Position numbers and translations under genes: made by a program
Source: Iphione sp. A-MEVVRFRX5
Taxonomy: Eukaryota
Reading direction: 5' to 3'
DNA: 64,000 bases
NCBI GenBank assembly: GCA_976226885.1
Contig: OZ320313.1
Span: 58,280,001 to 58,344,000 of the forward strand
The notes under the pieces: model-generated
Databases searched by the model: none
What the model was told of the DNA's origin: nothing
What the model saw: the letters and a program-made list of their open reading frames with translations, nothing else
Shown: one piece after another, positions 11,871 through 25,000 of the stretch
Layout: every line of letters begins with the position of its first letter
How positions within the stretch are numbered: the stretch's first letter is position 1

Positions 11871-14699
11871 TAAGTAATCCCTCAAAAATACGGTTGAAAA
11901 GCCCGTCACGAGTATAATTTCACACTAAACATGCATTCGTTGGGTGTAGATTTATCAATTTTTTCCCTGGAAAGTCATTTCATATATCACCGTTGTGGTA
12001 TATGGCAAATTTTCGGTGTGGCCTCAGACGTCTATATTTGGCCCTGCATACGTTTGTGGCTGTAGAATAGTTAGCCGCGAAAGGACGGAAATCTGTCTCT
12101 GAAAACGAAGCTTAAAGCCGAGTTTTAGGTATGGTTTGCGAAACCTGGAATATCGCTTCTGTTTTTGACGAAAATTTACACGAATTTTAGCTCCGTCGTT
12201 GGAGGCATGATATTATGCTGCAACAAAATATGTCGCATAAAGTCTGACAGAATACTACAGCCATCAGGCAATTATGTTCTCGTTTAGGTGAACTATATCT
12301 TTAATATGAATTCGAACTATCTGACGGACCCTCCAATTTTGCTCCGGCAACGGAGCTCCTCCCATGTGCTCACTGAGTACTTTCTAGTTTACGCCGCCTT
12401 AGATTGATACAGCATCGTCCCATCTGCCGTGTCTTACCTTTGGCTCTATTAAATAAAATTTTCCCCGGCTCCTGCGACATAAAAGGAGACGTATGGACTT
12501 GTATTAAACACTTGCCGGGCAGCTTAAGTCGCCTGAGCTACGACCAACGTCGGCATAATCTGGCGGTGCGTGGCAGTCCAATTTGCCGCTTTTATTGCTG
12601 TGCATGATTTATATGGATGGTGGTTGAGCGGCCGGGGGCAACTGGACGGATGGGCTTTGTCGGTAGGTGGGCTGGCGTATAGGCCCACGTGAGCATATAT
12701 CGGTCCATACAGGAACCGACTTCGGACAAAGGCGGCGATGAAGCCGCCCCAAAATACTGTTAGTGCCCTACTCATGGCGTGTCGGCATCCTTTGTGTTTG
12801 TTCCTTCACTTTTCTGCACACAACATATGAGTACTGTGACCACTAGATCACGCCCTCATTCTACAAGCCTCCGATTATTTCCAATGAAAACAACATAATA
12901 TCCTTGAAAACAGCAAACATCTCTGCACTTTATTTTGTGCTACTGAGTTCACCGAGATGAAAAAATAAGGTTGTCGTAACAACGAATACCTGGCTAATTA
13001 ACAATATTCACTTAAAGGCTTTCTTCTCGTGCAAAATATCTGAGGCACCGACAGGGACGGGGAGTTTTAGTATTCATCCTAGGATTTAGGAAATTATAAG
13101 TTCACATTGCACAAATATTTCATACCCACCAAATGTCATAGATGCGTGACAGCTATTAAACTATAAGACCATTTCCTCTTAAATACAAGGCAGTATTGGA
13201 TCCAGAAATGTAACTGTCAAAAGCCTGATGAAGGTATTACTGCCGCCGAGCCATTGGAGCAATCGAAATTGACGTCATAAATAAATGATGGCGATAGATA
13301 TTTACTTCCGTACATTTATTTCACAATTTATTGTGACGTTTGCTTTTGCTCAAGTGATTACATGAAGTACACATCAGGACACAGACCTTTAGAATATCTG
13401 ACAATATGATCTAGTAATTGCAGTGAATAATTTATCACAGCTACCTCAGTGATCTGAGCATTTCAAGGGCGCGGATGTATCCCGAGGGGTTGTATGCAAG
13501 TATGATTTAAAACATATACATGTAGTTTCTCGACTAGAAGCAGTAATTTCCATAACGTACTCTACTACTGTGAACAAAAAGAGAAAGCTTTCTCTGTTGG
13601 ACTGATGAGCCCTTCAAAATACGACAACACATTAAACAGTATGCATGTTCATGTATATGTACATTATATGATTTCCTATTATTCTTTGCATATCAGCAAA
13701 GTGGGTTGCTTTTGTTCTACCTGATCACTCCATCGCATGTATCGTATGTATATGATTGGTGGCCCCAGTAAGAGAATATTTCGTACTACGTGTATCTATT
13801 TCGGCGGTAGGATGACAGAAAACTGATTGGGACATCTTACTCTATTGCATACAGATGTAATCCCCCCTACCCAGTTGATAACGAAAAGAAATATATAATG
13901 TCGCGCCTATACGTTGGGGAACTAGGTTTATTGGCATCAAGGATAAGGAAGAAGGTTACATTTAACGCCAAGGTCCTTAAGGTTCAAGAATGGAATGCTC
14001 CGCATGGCATCCTTTTTCTATGCTACTTATTCATGTCATGCAGATTTGGCTTAATGAAGAAAAAATACCTTTGACAAATTGACCGGAAACCGTCACATTC
14101 TCAGAAGCTCCCGGTAGAAGCTTCACAGTGCATTTTCTTGGGAAACCAAAAGGCAGAAATCAACGAAAACGGTGGTCCCAAGCATACTTAATTTGATAGG
14201 CATCAAAACCATTAGCACCGAAATCAAAACGCCTGCGTGCATGTCATGCCAGATTAGCCCTGCTTTGTTTCCAGTAATGCTCGGAATTTTGCAATGATTC
14301 CTCAGGGGAGGTCGTGCCTGATATTATACAGACGACTGTAAGGAGATTTGTATTGATTCGTTTCAGCATGCCTAGGTTTTACCCACCTGGGTAGTCTTAG
14401 AATAGATCAATTTTCATATATCAGCGGAAGTTGTCTTGTCCCTCGATGACAGCCGTTATAGAGAGGCTATTTCATGCAACAAAGACTCTGTTCAGGACAT
14501 AATTTACTATGAAAATAATCAAACGAACGTGCACAGCTCTACTTTTTTATATACATTCCGTAGAGAACAGTATGTTTTGCGTTATAAGTGACGTTTCAAA
14601 TTGTTTTTCCTCACTTTGGGTCTAGTCGTTACATCGCATAGGCAATTGACTCAAGTTTTGGCGGCTAAGGTGGCAACTGCCGTTCGTTAGGTCACTTCT

Positions 14700-15404
14700 T
14701 GGCGGGCACTTTACGCGGGCCCTTACACGACGGCATAACACATGAGGGTCCCTGGAGAGGGGAGGACGACTGCAGCTAGAGGGCCAATAGGCCAGGTAAG
14801 GGCAAGGCTCTGTCTCCAGGGCCCCATGGCGCTAGTCATAACGGATCACATTCTGAGGCCGCCTATTCCACTCAGGCTGGCTGGCCGAGGCCCCCGGAGC
14901 GACGGTAACGGCCTCCGGGACACTAGCCGCATCCAAATGGTCTCGGGCGGCGGGCGTTATTGGCGCGGGTGCCTGGCCGACACCCACACTCATCATGGGC
15001 CTTGATTGAGCTAAACGATAATGTATATGAGTACATGGCGGCGGGCGTGCGAGGTGCAATCTCGGCCGTCGAGTAGGGACCCCGGGCCGAGCGTGAGCGG
15101 CTGGAGCGGGTAGCGGTTTATATGTATGGGTGACTGTGGAAGGGCGTTTTCGAAGGTGGGGAGCAAGAGCGTGATATGAGACGTCGATGAGGATGAAACG
15201 GAAGGGTAGGTTGGATACAAACGCAGAGAAGCAGGCGGCTGTTGGGTTTTCTTTTGAAAGATGGCATGGGATGTTTCGTTGGCATGTGTTTGACTGCTCG
15301 GAGAACACCGCCTGCAACCCCAACCGGTGCCAATCTTGCAGACATAAAGCAACGAGACAGTTGTAGCCAACTTGGTAGACATCCCATTGGGCAGTGATTC
15401 CCAT
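14700..15404 (-). pseudogene. Decayed GC-rich reading frame, possibly a retroelement gag-like remnant
   Basis: A 190-aa ORF continues past one TAG into a Cys/His-containing segment, EPCPYLAYWPSSCSRPPLSRDPHVLCRR. No family could be assigned. Confidence 0.3.
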
Positions 15405-15763
15405 TGGTCTGGAAATATGCAGACAACTACCCAGTCAAGTTTAAGGAGCATGTTAAAATCTGGCCTCACCAGTAGCAGTGAGGAGTTCCATCTTAAGTAT
15501 CTTTTGAGTGGTCGGAGATGGGGTGGCAAGTAGGATGTGACAAGGTCCTATTTGCCTGGCGTAAAACGAATGAAGACAAGAAAGAACACTTAGATGGTAG
15601 TTCAGTGTTTTCCACGACGTTCTTGTCCCCGTTATAGTTTGTTGTGGTAGTTCATTCTTAGTGGACTCTTTCTTTTTATTTTTTAAAACGTGGTTAAAGT
15701 TTAAAAACTGATGAGGTTGCTGATGCTACCTTTCTGAGAGCGTAATGCAAAGGGAAATGCTTA

Positions 15764-16101
15764 GGCCTTAAAAAAAAGTTCTGTGTTTCAGGTAACAAGC
15801 TGAAAAAATATAGGGTCGGTAGGTCAGTGGTATATTTTTATTTATTACTCTTTTTTCAATGTAAAATTATACTCCCATCATCAAAACAATCTGGTAATAT
15901 ATGTTCTAATGGTTATATCTTCATGAAATATATATCAAATGAAAGCCAATAGCATAAAGAACACAATGGCATATCATATGAGTCTCTACCCTTATTCACT
16001 GCTGAGATATTCATAAAACAAGAAAAAAATAAAAATTAAGATTAATACCCAAATTAGGGTTGGTCAGGTTACCAGCAACACAGCTATTTTTTGTTTAGGC
16101 C
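15764..16101. mobile_element. 338-bp MITE, PIF/Harbinger-like
   Basis: Imperfect TIRs of about 33 bp (GGCCTTAAAAAAAAGTTCTGTGTTTCAGGTAAC versus reverse complement GGCCTAAACAAAAAATAGCTGTGTTGCTGGTAAC). TTA is duplicated at 15761-15763 and 16102-16104; a 3-bp TWA TSD is typical of PIF/Harbinger. Confidence 0.8.
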
Positions 16102-16129
16102 TTATGTGTATATGCATAAATGTACTCAA

Positions 16130-16505
16130 TTAACACATCACTGTACTGTCATTAGGTCATGCCCACCCATCACAATGTGACAGTCATACTTTCACTACTG
16201 TCACATATAATGTTCAAAATTTTAAAAAAAGGTTTCTAGTCATAGTATTAGTGTACTGCACTTTCCCATATACTTGAAAATAAATATAGATATCTCAGCA
16301 TGTTCTCAATGGATATAATATTTATGCATTTACATAACCACATAATGATAAGTGACAGTCATAATTCTAATATGGTCAAGTGTGAGCAACAGATTGGTTA
16401 CACAAGTCACATGTCAATATAGCATAATGTTATTGGCTACGAAACAGTTTGATTGACAGATATCATGACTGTAAAACATTATCCTGTCACACAGTGATGT
16501 GTCAA
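16130..16505. mobile_element. Possible second MITE next to the first
   Basis: ACACATCACTGT (16133-16144) is perfectly inverted at 16491-16502, and GTGACAGTCATA is repeated internally. No clear TSD. Confidence 0.35.
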
Positions 16506-16738
16506 TCGTGTTCCTCTATTTATAATAGATTACACTTGCAAGGAATTTGTCATTAAAAGATTCAATGCAAATGGGAATAAATTGCAATTTTGCAAGTCAC
16601 CAGAACAACGGCGTCTCTGTATGTCTGTCTAGCTATCTGTCTTGGTCTCTCTGGAACTTTACGTTTGTCTTTATCTCGATCGCTCTCAGTGGTTTCTCTC
16701 TGTCAAGCTCTCCTCCCGCTTGTCCTTTCTACATCTCT

Positions 16739-16774
16739 GTTCTCTCTCTCCGACTTTGTCTGTCTCTGTCTCTA

Positions 16775-16815
<41 letters not shown>

Positions 16816-16825
16816 TCGTCTCTCC
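16739..16825. repeat. (CT)n/(TCTG)n pyrimidine microsatellite just upstream of the gene 2 acceptor
   Basis: Read directly from the sequence. Confidence 0.9.
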
Positions 16826-16893
16826 AGTTCTATCTCCACCTGCCTTCACGCAAAGTTAACTCCAACTTTCTCCCCTCTAGCCTACACCTGACC

Positions 16894-17089
16894 ATGCTGA
16901 GTGTCCTTGGGCTGGCGTGCTTGATGGGCGGTGTATACGGAGCACGGACAGCGGACACCATCGTTCATGTGCGTGTCTACGCTCCGTCTGGCTTCGTCCG
17001 CAACGGCTCCGAAGTGTATTTCAGCAACGGCCGCACGCTGACTGTTAGCACGACGCGGATGAAGTATAACCTGAACGTCGTTGAGTTCG
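16894..17089 (+). CDS. Gene 2 first visible coding exon: signal-peptide-like MLSVLGLACLMGGVYGA plus a short beta-rich segment
   Basis: Acceptor ctttctcccctctAG at 16879-16880, ATG at 16894, donor GTGAGT at 17090 (phase 1), exon-like codon usage. The frame is open from 16881, so the true start could lie in an upstream exon. Confidence 0.8.
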
Positions 17090-19220
17090 GTGAGTGACCC
17101 CGGTATTATACGAGGAGGTATGCCAAAGCAAACATGGTTTGTTAGACTCGATCTGATCTTCCTTGACGTGTGTAACTTCATGCATGTGCAACTGGCCACG
17201 ATTTGCCCAAGGAACGCACATGTCAGTATGTTACAGAGGATTAAACTTCAATGTGCTTTTTATAACGTTTATTAAACTGAACGGTGACACACAAAGAGTA
17301 TTTAGTGTTCAGCACATGTATACATTATAATTCTTAACGCAAAAATTGTCAGAAAGAGATGTAATGGGCGAACAGAATTGTAATAATGCAATAGAAGGTG
17401 ATTATCCGAATCAAATTATCTAACAACATTTTTCTTGGGTTTTTGCACATACACGATGGTACAGCAGGCCTTTGAGTTCGTGAACCTAATCAGCATCAGC
17501 ATATGCTTCACATCTTATCCGCCGCTTTTGGGAATAATCTGTACCCGTCAAAATTCAATATATTATTATTATTAAAGAAACCTTGCTTATAACACTTAGG
17601 TATTTTGTTCTCGTAAGTTTTGCTGTCATCTATTAGGAATGATAGTTTCAAATTTCATACGACGAACCATGCTGTTCTAAATAGGCTAGCTTCCACAGAT
17701 ACGCCACTTGAGCTCCAATAATATGCATGGTGCACTGATTCGGGAGAGCGCACTTTCTTGTCAATGTAAGGTTGTCCCACTAGGTGTCAGCACGATCCAG
17801 ACTCACTGCCTGGCTCAGACAACGTTTATTGCATGAAGCTGATAACGTTGTGTGGGGTCAGATTAAAGCAAGATCAACGCATGTATACACTTTCATTAAT
17901 GATGGTAGATAGAGCGATACAACCATGCTTTCTATGAATACGGTGACCATGACCCTCCGTGTGCATAGGGGAGTGGTACTAAAACTCTTTTTGTTTCCGA
18001 ATAATCTGCTAATCTGCGGTGAGTTTTACATGTATATCTATGCACATCTCACTGCAGCTGCGCTTGTGATCTACAACATATTCCACATTATCAGACTTAT
18101 ATCTGTATGTATAGAGTGGAGACCTCCCTAGGCGATATTGCTTGGGACCGGACAGTATTGGTGCTTCCTTTGGTTTGGTTGCATTTGGATCAGTTATCTA
18201 TTTACAGCGGAATTCCTTAGAGAGAGATTCCACTGTAAGTATTTGGATATGTTTGCGTCTTTAAATTCTTAGTCTGTCCCCCAGTTATATTCTCAATTGA
18301 TTTATTCGATCTCTGACAGCATCAGTATAAAATTCTGCTAGGATTGGCCTAGGCGTTTTTAAAATCCTCCTCATCAGTGCGCCTCAGTGACATTTGACGA
18401 ATACTAGTTCTTATTTAGAGCAATACGAAGATAATCCATCCTAGACCAGATATCCTCGCCAGTCGATTCTTCTAATCCCTCAGTTCCCTCTCCTTCAACG
18501 TGAGCTTCGGACTCCAAATTCACTTTATCTGCCATGTCCTTGCTAGTTTTTCCTTTGGGCCAGTACATCCTTGATTACATAATGATATTTATTTCGTTAG
18601 TTTCCATTGTTTAAAGACTCTCAAGTGAGCTAAACCGACGTAATGAAAGCGGTATGTCTGGATATACAGGAGGAACCGTAAGAAAATGTAAGGTAGCGTT
18701 ATGTTATCGGTTCCTGTGACCTTTACTGATTGTCCTGACTGACCAACCTCTTGCATTATCTTAACCTGTTGGTTTATAGAGTCTGGTATGGATTGAGGTG
18801 CAAGTGTAGATGGTCATTCCGCGTCAAATAAGACCGGCGTTGTCCCATCTGTTGGTGCATTTGAATTATATTTAGGGAACGACTGGTCACTCGGGGGTCC
18901 AGCTGGATCCGTACCTTGGGACCTCGTTTTTCTTCTTTATAGCTCTTGTTCTACAAGTTTCATGATTTTCATCTACTTCCCGCGGTTGTATCTCTGTGTT
19001 AGGCTCGCTTCCCATGTACGGGGATTTGTTTTCCATGTATGAAGCTGTCCGTACATGGAAAGGGAGAGTCCATAAGGACTGCGTTCCATGTGTATATACT
19101 GTATATGTCAGTAGAGAAGGGTCCGGAAATTCTGCCTGTTTTCCAGACAAGCATGGAGGGTTGATTTCCATGTATATGGGTTAGGAACGATCAGGAACAG
19201 TCAGGTAGCTGCCAGGAAGA

Positions 19221-19221
<1 letters not shown>

Positions 19222-19284
<63 letters not shown>
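19222..19284. repeat. Compound (GA)n(GT)n microsatellite
   Basis: Read directly from the sequence. Confidence 0.95.
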
Positions 19285-19287
<3 letters not shown>

Positions 19288-20992
19288 AAAGGAAGCATAT
19301 CTATCGATAGTGGAAATTGTGCAGTGTTTTTTTAGAGATTGAAGCATATCAGTGGAAATTGTGCAGTTTTTCATGAAGGTCAAAGCATATTGGAAATTAT
19401 GCAGTTTTATCCAAATCACATGCAAATTAAAAATATTTCCTATCTATTCTACTATATTCTATTCTCTATTCTTCTGGCCCATGGTCCGGAATCTGGATAA
19501 TTTTACAGCCCAGGGCCGTTTTGGATGTGGCCACTTCCAGACAAGAAATGATGGACCACTGACACAAGGAAATAGCTCTGTAGATTATCATACATTCATT
19601 TTTTCTATACACACATACCTAGAGTACAGAAAAAAATACGTACACATGGAAAGCTGGCCTAGGGGCCAGGAACAGTCTGGAAAATGGCTCAAAATCTCTT
19701 GACAGCTCCATACACAAAACACAATTCGTACACAAGGGAAGCAGGCCCTACAGACTCCCCCTTTCCATGTATATGGGTCAGGAACCCTCAGGGAAACCCT
19801 CAGGAATTTGATAGGAATAGTGGCAAAAATGGTAAATTTCACTGGAAAAAGTATGAAAACTGAAAATTTGTGCATTAATGTGCGTAATTGGGCGTAATTC
19901 ACTTGGAAGGTGAGGAAAAGAGGAAATGTTAGGAAAACGTGCCTGCCTCAAAGGACATATCATTTATCCTACTCGTACGTCAAGGTATCTGGAGTCCAGA
20001 GTCTGGAGAAATTTACTGCAATTGTTTACTTTCGTTCTCCAGGTACCTCCAGACTCCGGACTCTTTACCCGTGCACGTGGAAAGCCACCACTTAGAAAGC
20101 TTTATAGGCATACCTTCTTGGGTCCAGAACAATTTTCCATGCACATGGAAAGCGGGCCTTAGCACATGTGATTACTTTTGCCCAATATTGTTATCTTCAT
20201 ATGCCATTACACTCTATACCACGACTGGCCCGTCATCCTGTACAAATGAAGATAAACACATACATACATATATTTGAGCAGACATATATACATCGTATAT
20301 TTATCCACCAGCTATACCGCAGACACAGGCATTGAACCTCTAGCCTCGCACGGCCGGTACAGAAAGATATACATAGGGAACTGTATGAGCGCCATTGCGT
20401 CCCGCTGGTTATGAGAGATATTGACTATAGTCTCCAACCAAATGACTTCTGCATTATTTGTTACATAGTTTCTCAGAAAATACGATACGACATATTTGGT
20501 ATCTGCATTTTATCACTTTCTTCATGCGAAATGGCCTACGCGCGGAGAGAATGAGACCAAATTCGGTAATTTACATTCTTATAACTGCGTGATATTTCGG
20601 TGATGCAGTGCCTTACAGGGTTGTTCCACATTCCGTGAATTTAATGACAAAGTGGCAAAGAACTTCAGCAAACGTAACTGAAAGTAATATCCCATGTATA
20701 GGAGGAATACTATCATCGCAGACTAAGCTATGTGATTGAACCTGGTTTGGATGACATTATTCTCTCAGCCCCTTCCCGGCCAGCTCAATATCCGCCATGT
20801 ACATGTATGTATATATACAATGTCACAGTTATTATACATAAATTGAATGTTCTTACAGATACATATCTGTACGCATATACAGACATACTTATAAATGTCT
20901 GAATGTGCAAATAAACATTTTTAATGTTTTTATTTACGAGTAGGCCATGCCGAGTGAGCGTATCTAATTTGATCGTTGTATTTCATCAACAG

Positions 20993-21130
20993 GTGTTGAA
21001 AATGCCCAGATCCTAAACCCGGAGTTCAACAAGTGCACCATGACAAGCTGCGCACAGGGCTGCGACCCGAACAGTGGCAGGTGCATCTGTCACCGCGGCT
21101 ACAGTATCTCGGATGGTTTCCATTGTGAAG
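20993..21130 (+). CDS. Gene 2 EGF-like domain exon (VENAQILNPEFNKCTMTSCAQGCDPNSGRCICHRGYSISDGFHCE)
   Basis: tttcatcaacAG acceptor and GTGAGC donor; 138 nt, phase 1-1; six Cys with the C-x-C-x-x-G-Y pattern. Confidence 0.92.
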
Positions 21131-21909
21131 GTGAGCACGTGTTCCCTCACACCAAGAGCCCGCTTGTCACCTTGCTTGTTAAATAGATACAAATTTCTAC
21201 CTGTACGGATAGCATGAGTAGCTTTTGCGTCTAAATCGTTCACGACGCATTAACCATCAAAGAGAATAAAAATTAATCATAAAAAGTGAATAATATTGTG
21301 TCCTGAATGTGTTAAAACATGTATTAAAATTTGCCTGAGAATACGTCGTGGTCGGGAATGCAAATGTAAAGGATCCACTACTACTCAGTATCGCGAATGT
21401 TTTGTAACCAAACAACTACATTACGCGTTAAACACAGTGTATTCAGGATTTATTGAATTAGGAGTCTTTGGCAAATTATTTTAGAACAACACGATTTCTA
21501 ATTTAGATTTGCTGAAAGAGTAACGAGGACGTAACGGGGTTCAATAGACATGATGAGAACGGTGTTAATTTTGGTGATGCAGCGTAAAACGTGTGTCCAT
21601 TCTCCAACGGGGAACCACTGGTTGTAATCATTGCATGAAACATGAAGAAGTTCAAGCCCAGGTGATCAGCTCTAACCCCGACACCTGTTGCTGTTGACCT
21701 GTCATCCAAGCCTCATGGTGACTAGTTATATGTCTCCCCAGTTGGAGGGTTTATGATAATTTGAACTCTACAGCTTAGCTTGCAAGGTATTTGTCTAACG
21801 TCTGGTCAAATCACATGCAGGGATTCCTCCGTAACCGACGACCTGTGTGAATCAGGTGAAACTCCAAATATACTTGAAGGTCTAACCTACCGCTATCTAT
21901 ATTCTTTAG

Positions 21910-22032
21910 ATGTCGACGAGTGCACAAAAGTGGAGAATATTTGTGACCATAATGCGCAGTGCTTCAACACACCCGGCTCCTACAAATGTATCTGCAACGA
22001 CGGTTACTATGGCGACGGCTCCACCTGTAATG
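21910..22032 (+). CDS. Gene 2 calcium-binding EGF exon ([41 protein letters not shown])
   Basis: Canonical D-x-D-E-C start and C-x-N-x-x-G-S-Y-x-C hydroxylation motif; 123 nt, phase 1-1; attctttAG acceptor and GTGAGT donor. Confidence 0.96.
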
Positions 22033-25000
22033 GTGAGTAGATTCGCCATCTACTTTCTCTTTTCTAATGTATTGATTTGTGTTCTCAAACTGAAAACAGT
22101 ACTATTTTGGAGAGGTGATGGACTCAGATAATAGGAGGCGGCTTTTTTAATTAAGTGATTTCAGTGACCCCTAACGTTATATATACATGCACATGCAGTA
22201 GAGAGGAAGGCTCGGCATTTGCAAGGATACAGTGTTTCTCAGTTATGGGCGGCTAGATGTCAGTAGCTGCCGAATTCTGGATCGAGTGAGATAGTATACA
22301 CAATAACATTGTGACAGTGTCATTGGAAGAGCTTGCTAAATGATTTATATAAATAAACATGTAGTTCTGTCACTGTAAGGCTCCCGGAAATATTACAATT
22401 TCTTTTTAATTCCATCTACTTCCTGTACTATAATCTTACTAATTTCTTTGCTTATTAAAACCAGAATTCGTGTTTTCTCCCTTTCTATCGATGGTTATCT
22501 CAGTTCGTGGCCAAAATTAAATGATACCTTTGTATGTACATGCATTATCTATCATGTTCCCATGAATGACTCGAGGAGCTCGAGAAACGGTGGCTCCCAC
22601 TGGTGCAAAACATGGGAAACTCTCACATTGCCGACGACATACCAACCACTATAATGCTGTCCGTGTCACTTGGCGTCTCCACCGTCTGCTACGGGACATA
22701 ATGCAATTTTCTACTTTCTCTTCGTTGTCTAATGGACCCTTTGTCATCTTGATTGCAGCCTTCAAAAACTAATGGACGTGGGTGCCTGCTAATTTGACAC
22801 TCGACTTTACCATCATATTTATACATCTGTCCCCAATATCATGGCGCATGATTACATTTGAGAACGTGTACATGTGTATGTGTACAAAAGCATTCTTAAC
22901 AGAGCGCAGAGACTTGATAACGGCTTTCGACGTTTTGTGTTTAAAGCCATTTACTGAATTTATTACAGTACTTAAGACCAACACACTTCATGTCTTTGAA
23001 TTTGAAGAGACCGATGCTACATCAGGCGAAAAAAAGGCAGGCGAAAAAACAGGATCTGTTCCTCCCATATCGGTTTTTGCTATCAATGTTTGTCACACTA
23101 TCCAGCCATGCGATGTACTAAGTTGGTTTCTTTATAGCCTTATTTTCTTCCTCTACCGAAGACTTTGCTTCATTGAGGTTCCTGGAATATTAACTGCCCT
23201 GGGTGAATAACCATAGGTTGACCTGTTTCCTAACTAACCATATGACGGCATGTCTTGTGCCCTTTACAGTGGTTTGCTGCAGCTTTATGAATAGACGCAA
23301 GCTAGGTAAGGTATGCTTAGTGTCATCTGTGTGCTTCGATTTGGTAACTAGACCAAAGCTGTTGCTGCCTCTTGAATGCTTTAAACTACTCCCAGCAATG
23401 ACAGTCGCGCCTCTCCTATTCATGTCCTGTTTGAGTGTAACAAGCAGTCCTAGAAGCCATGGCAGAAGTATTTCTCCTTTTGGAAATACGTCCTCAGTGC
23501 AGTCTCACACTCTCCTTTCTCACGAGTCAGATCTATTGTGTAGCCCCACTCAGTTTATACCTTCTGCGATGATAAGAATCCAATTTCTTGTTCAATCAAT
23601 AACGTTTCTCGTTCTCATTAAAGTAATACACAATTTGCAGATCGACATCTTACGATTCTTTTGGTACGTAGGATATCACGTTAGCAGTGATTTGATATAA
23701 CTGAATCTTTAATACAATTGAAGTATAAATTGAAGAGAAATAACCGCATTGATGAGCACCTAATTAGAGTAGAATATGGAATTTCTTTCGTGTAGAATAA
23801 TACACATTCTTTCCTTTTCTCATGCACCAGTTTGAACACTCTGGCTTGAAAGATGCTGACGTCATTACACACACAATGTTTTATGATTCTCTAAAATTGA
23901 TTTTACTTTGATATCCCGCACGAAGTAAATAATTAGTCTACCCCTCCATATTTCGTACCTGATACAATGTATATACCATATGTTATGCCCGATGATAATT
24001 ATGTAAAATATGTCTCATTTTGGTATTCGTCGGGCTAAAATGGTCATAGCATTCATGCTTTGTGTGCAAATCGATGCTAAAGTTTCTAGATAACTTAAAC
24101 ATGCGGTGGGGCAATAGATTTTGGCCACTGCAACTAAATTGTCCTGGCAGTTTCAGAACATGTATTTATAGCATGTTGTTCCCAGCACTTCAGGACGACC
24201 CTAAGATGCTTTATTATGTCAGCAAACCTGACACCCAAATTTATGAATCTGATCAAGACGTTGCATGTTCACTCCTGGACCTGTAACTCTTGATCATAAC
24301 CAGACAGATTTACTGTAGCCCCAACCCATTTGTCCACAACCTATAATAAAAAGGCCATAGATGTATAGGATTCTGCCCTGTATGCACAAAAAGATCTTAT
24401 GAACCTGTTCGAAATATGAGTAGAGGACAACCCCATATACTCTGGTCTCTGAATTCTCAATAATAGATTGTAGTATGCTATCCCAGGAGGGTATGGAAGA
24501 ACAGCTTTCAAACATTTTTGAGAAGAATTAACTGAAAATAAAAGGAAGACCCACGTACATGTATCAGACCATATGAAGCTGGAAATCATAAAAAATCAAT
24601 GCGGAAATGATGTGCTTCCAATAGAGATGTTTCACACAATGAAGTGAAATTTAGGAACACATCTAGTTCATCAACAGTGTAGACCTAAGTAGAATTCTTT
24701 TGGATTTGTGGCCAGGACGATGCATTGCTTATTCATAATTGAATCTACCTTGACACGCGAGCCGTTTTAGATTTGAACACATTTAGTGTTAATGTCATGA
24801 GTGGCACTGTGACTTTTAAAGTGAATAGGAAATTTCATTTGATTTAAAGAAAACAGACGTCTTTTTGGGACTCAGATCGTGGCCATTTTTACGTATCCTG
24901 GTGGCACATTCTGTGGGATAAATTTTAAGCTTTGAGCAGCACATACCATGTGTCGAAACTACATGAGACCGTAAAACATCAAAAATTGGGCTTCGTGTAC

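Noticed and set aside
11406-11909. 167-aa minus-strand ORF
   Set aside because: Antisense to the plus-strand terminal exon and pyrimidine-rich intron; the plus strand has matching splice phases.
16547-16893. Long Leu/Ser-rich ORFs upstream of gene 2's ATG
   Set aside because: They run through a CT/TCTG microsatellite and cross a strong splice acceptor at 16880.
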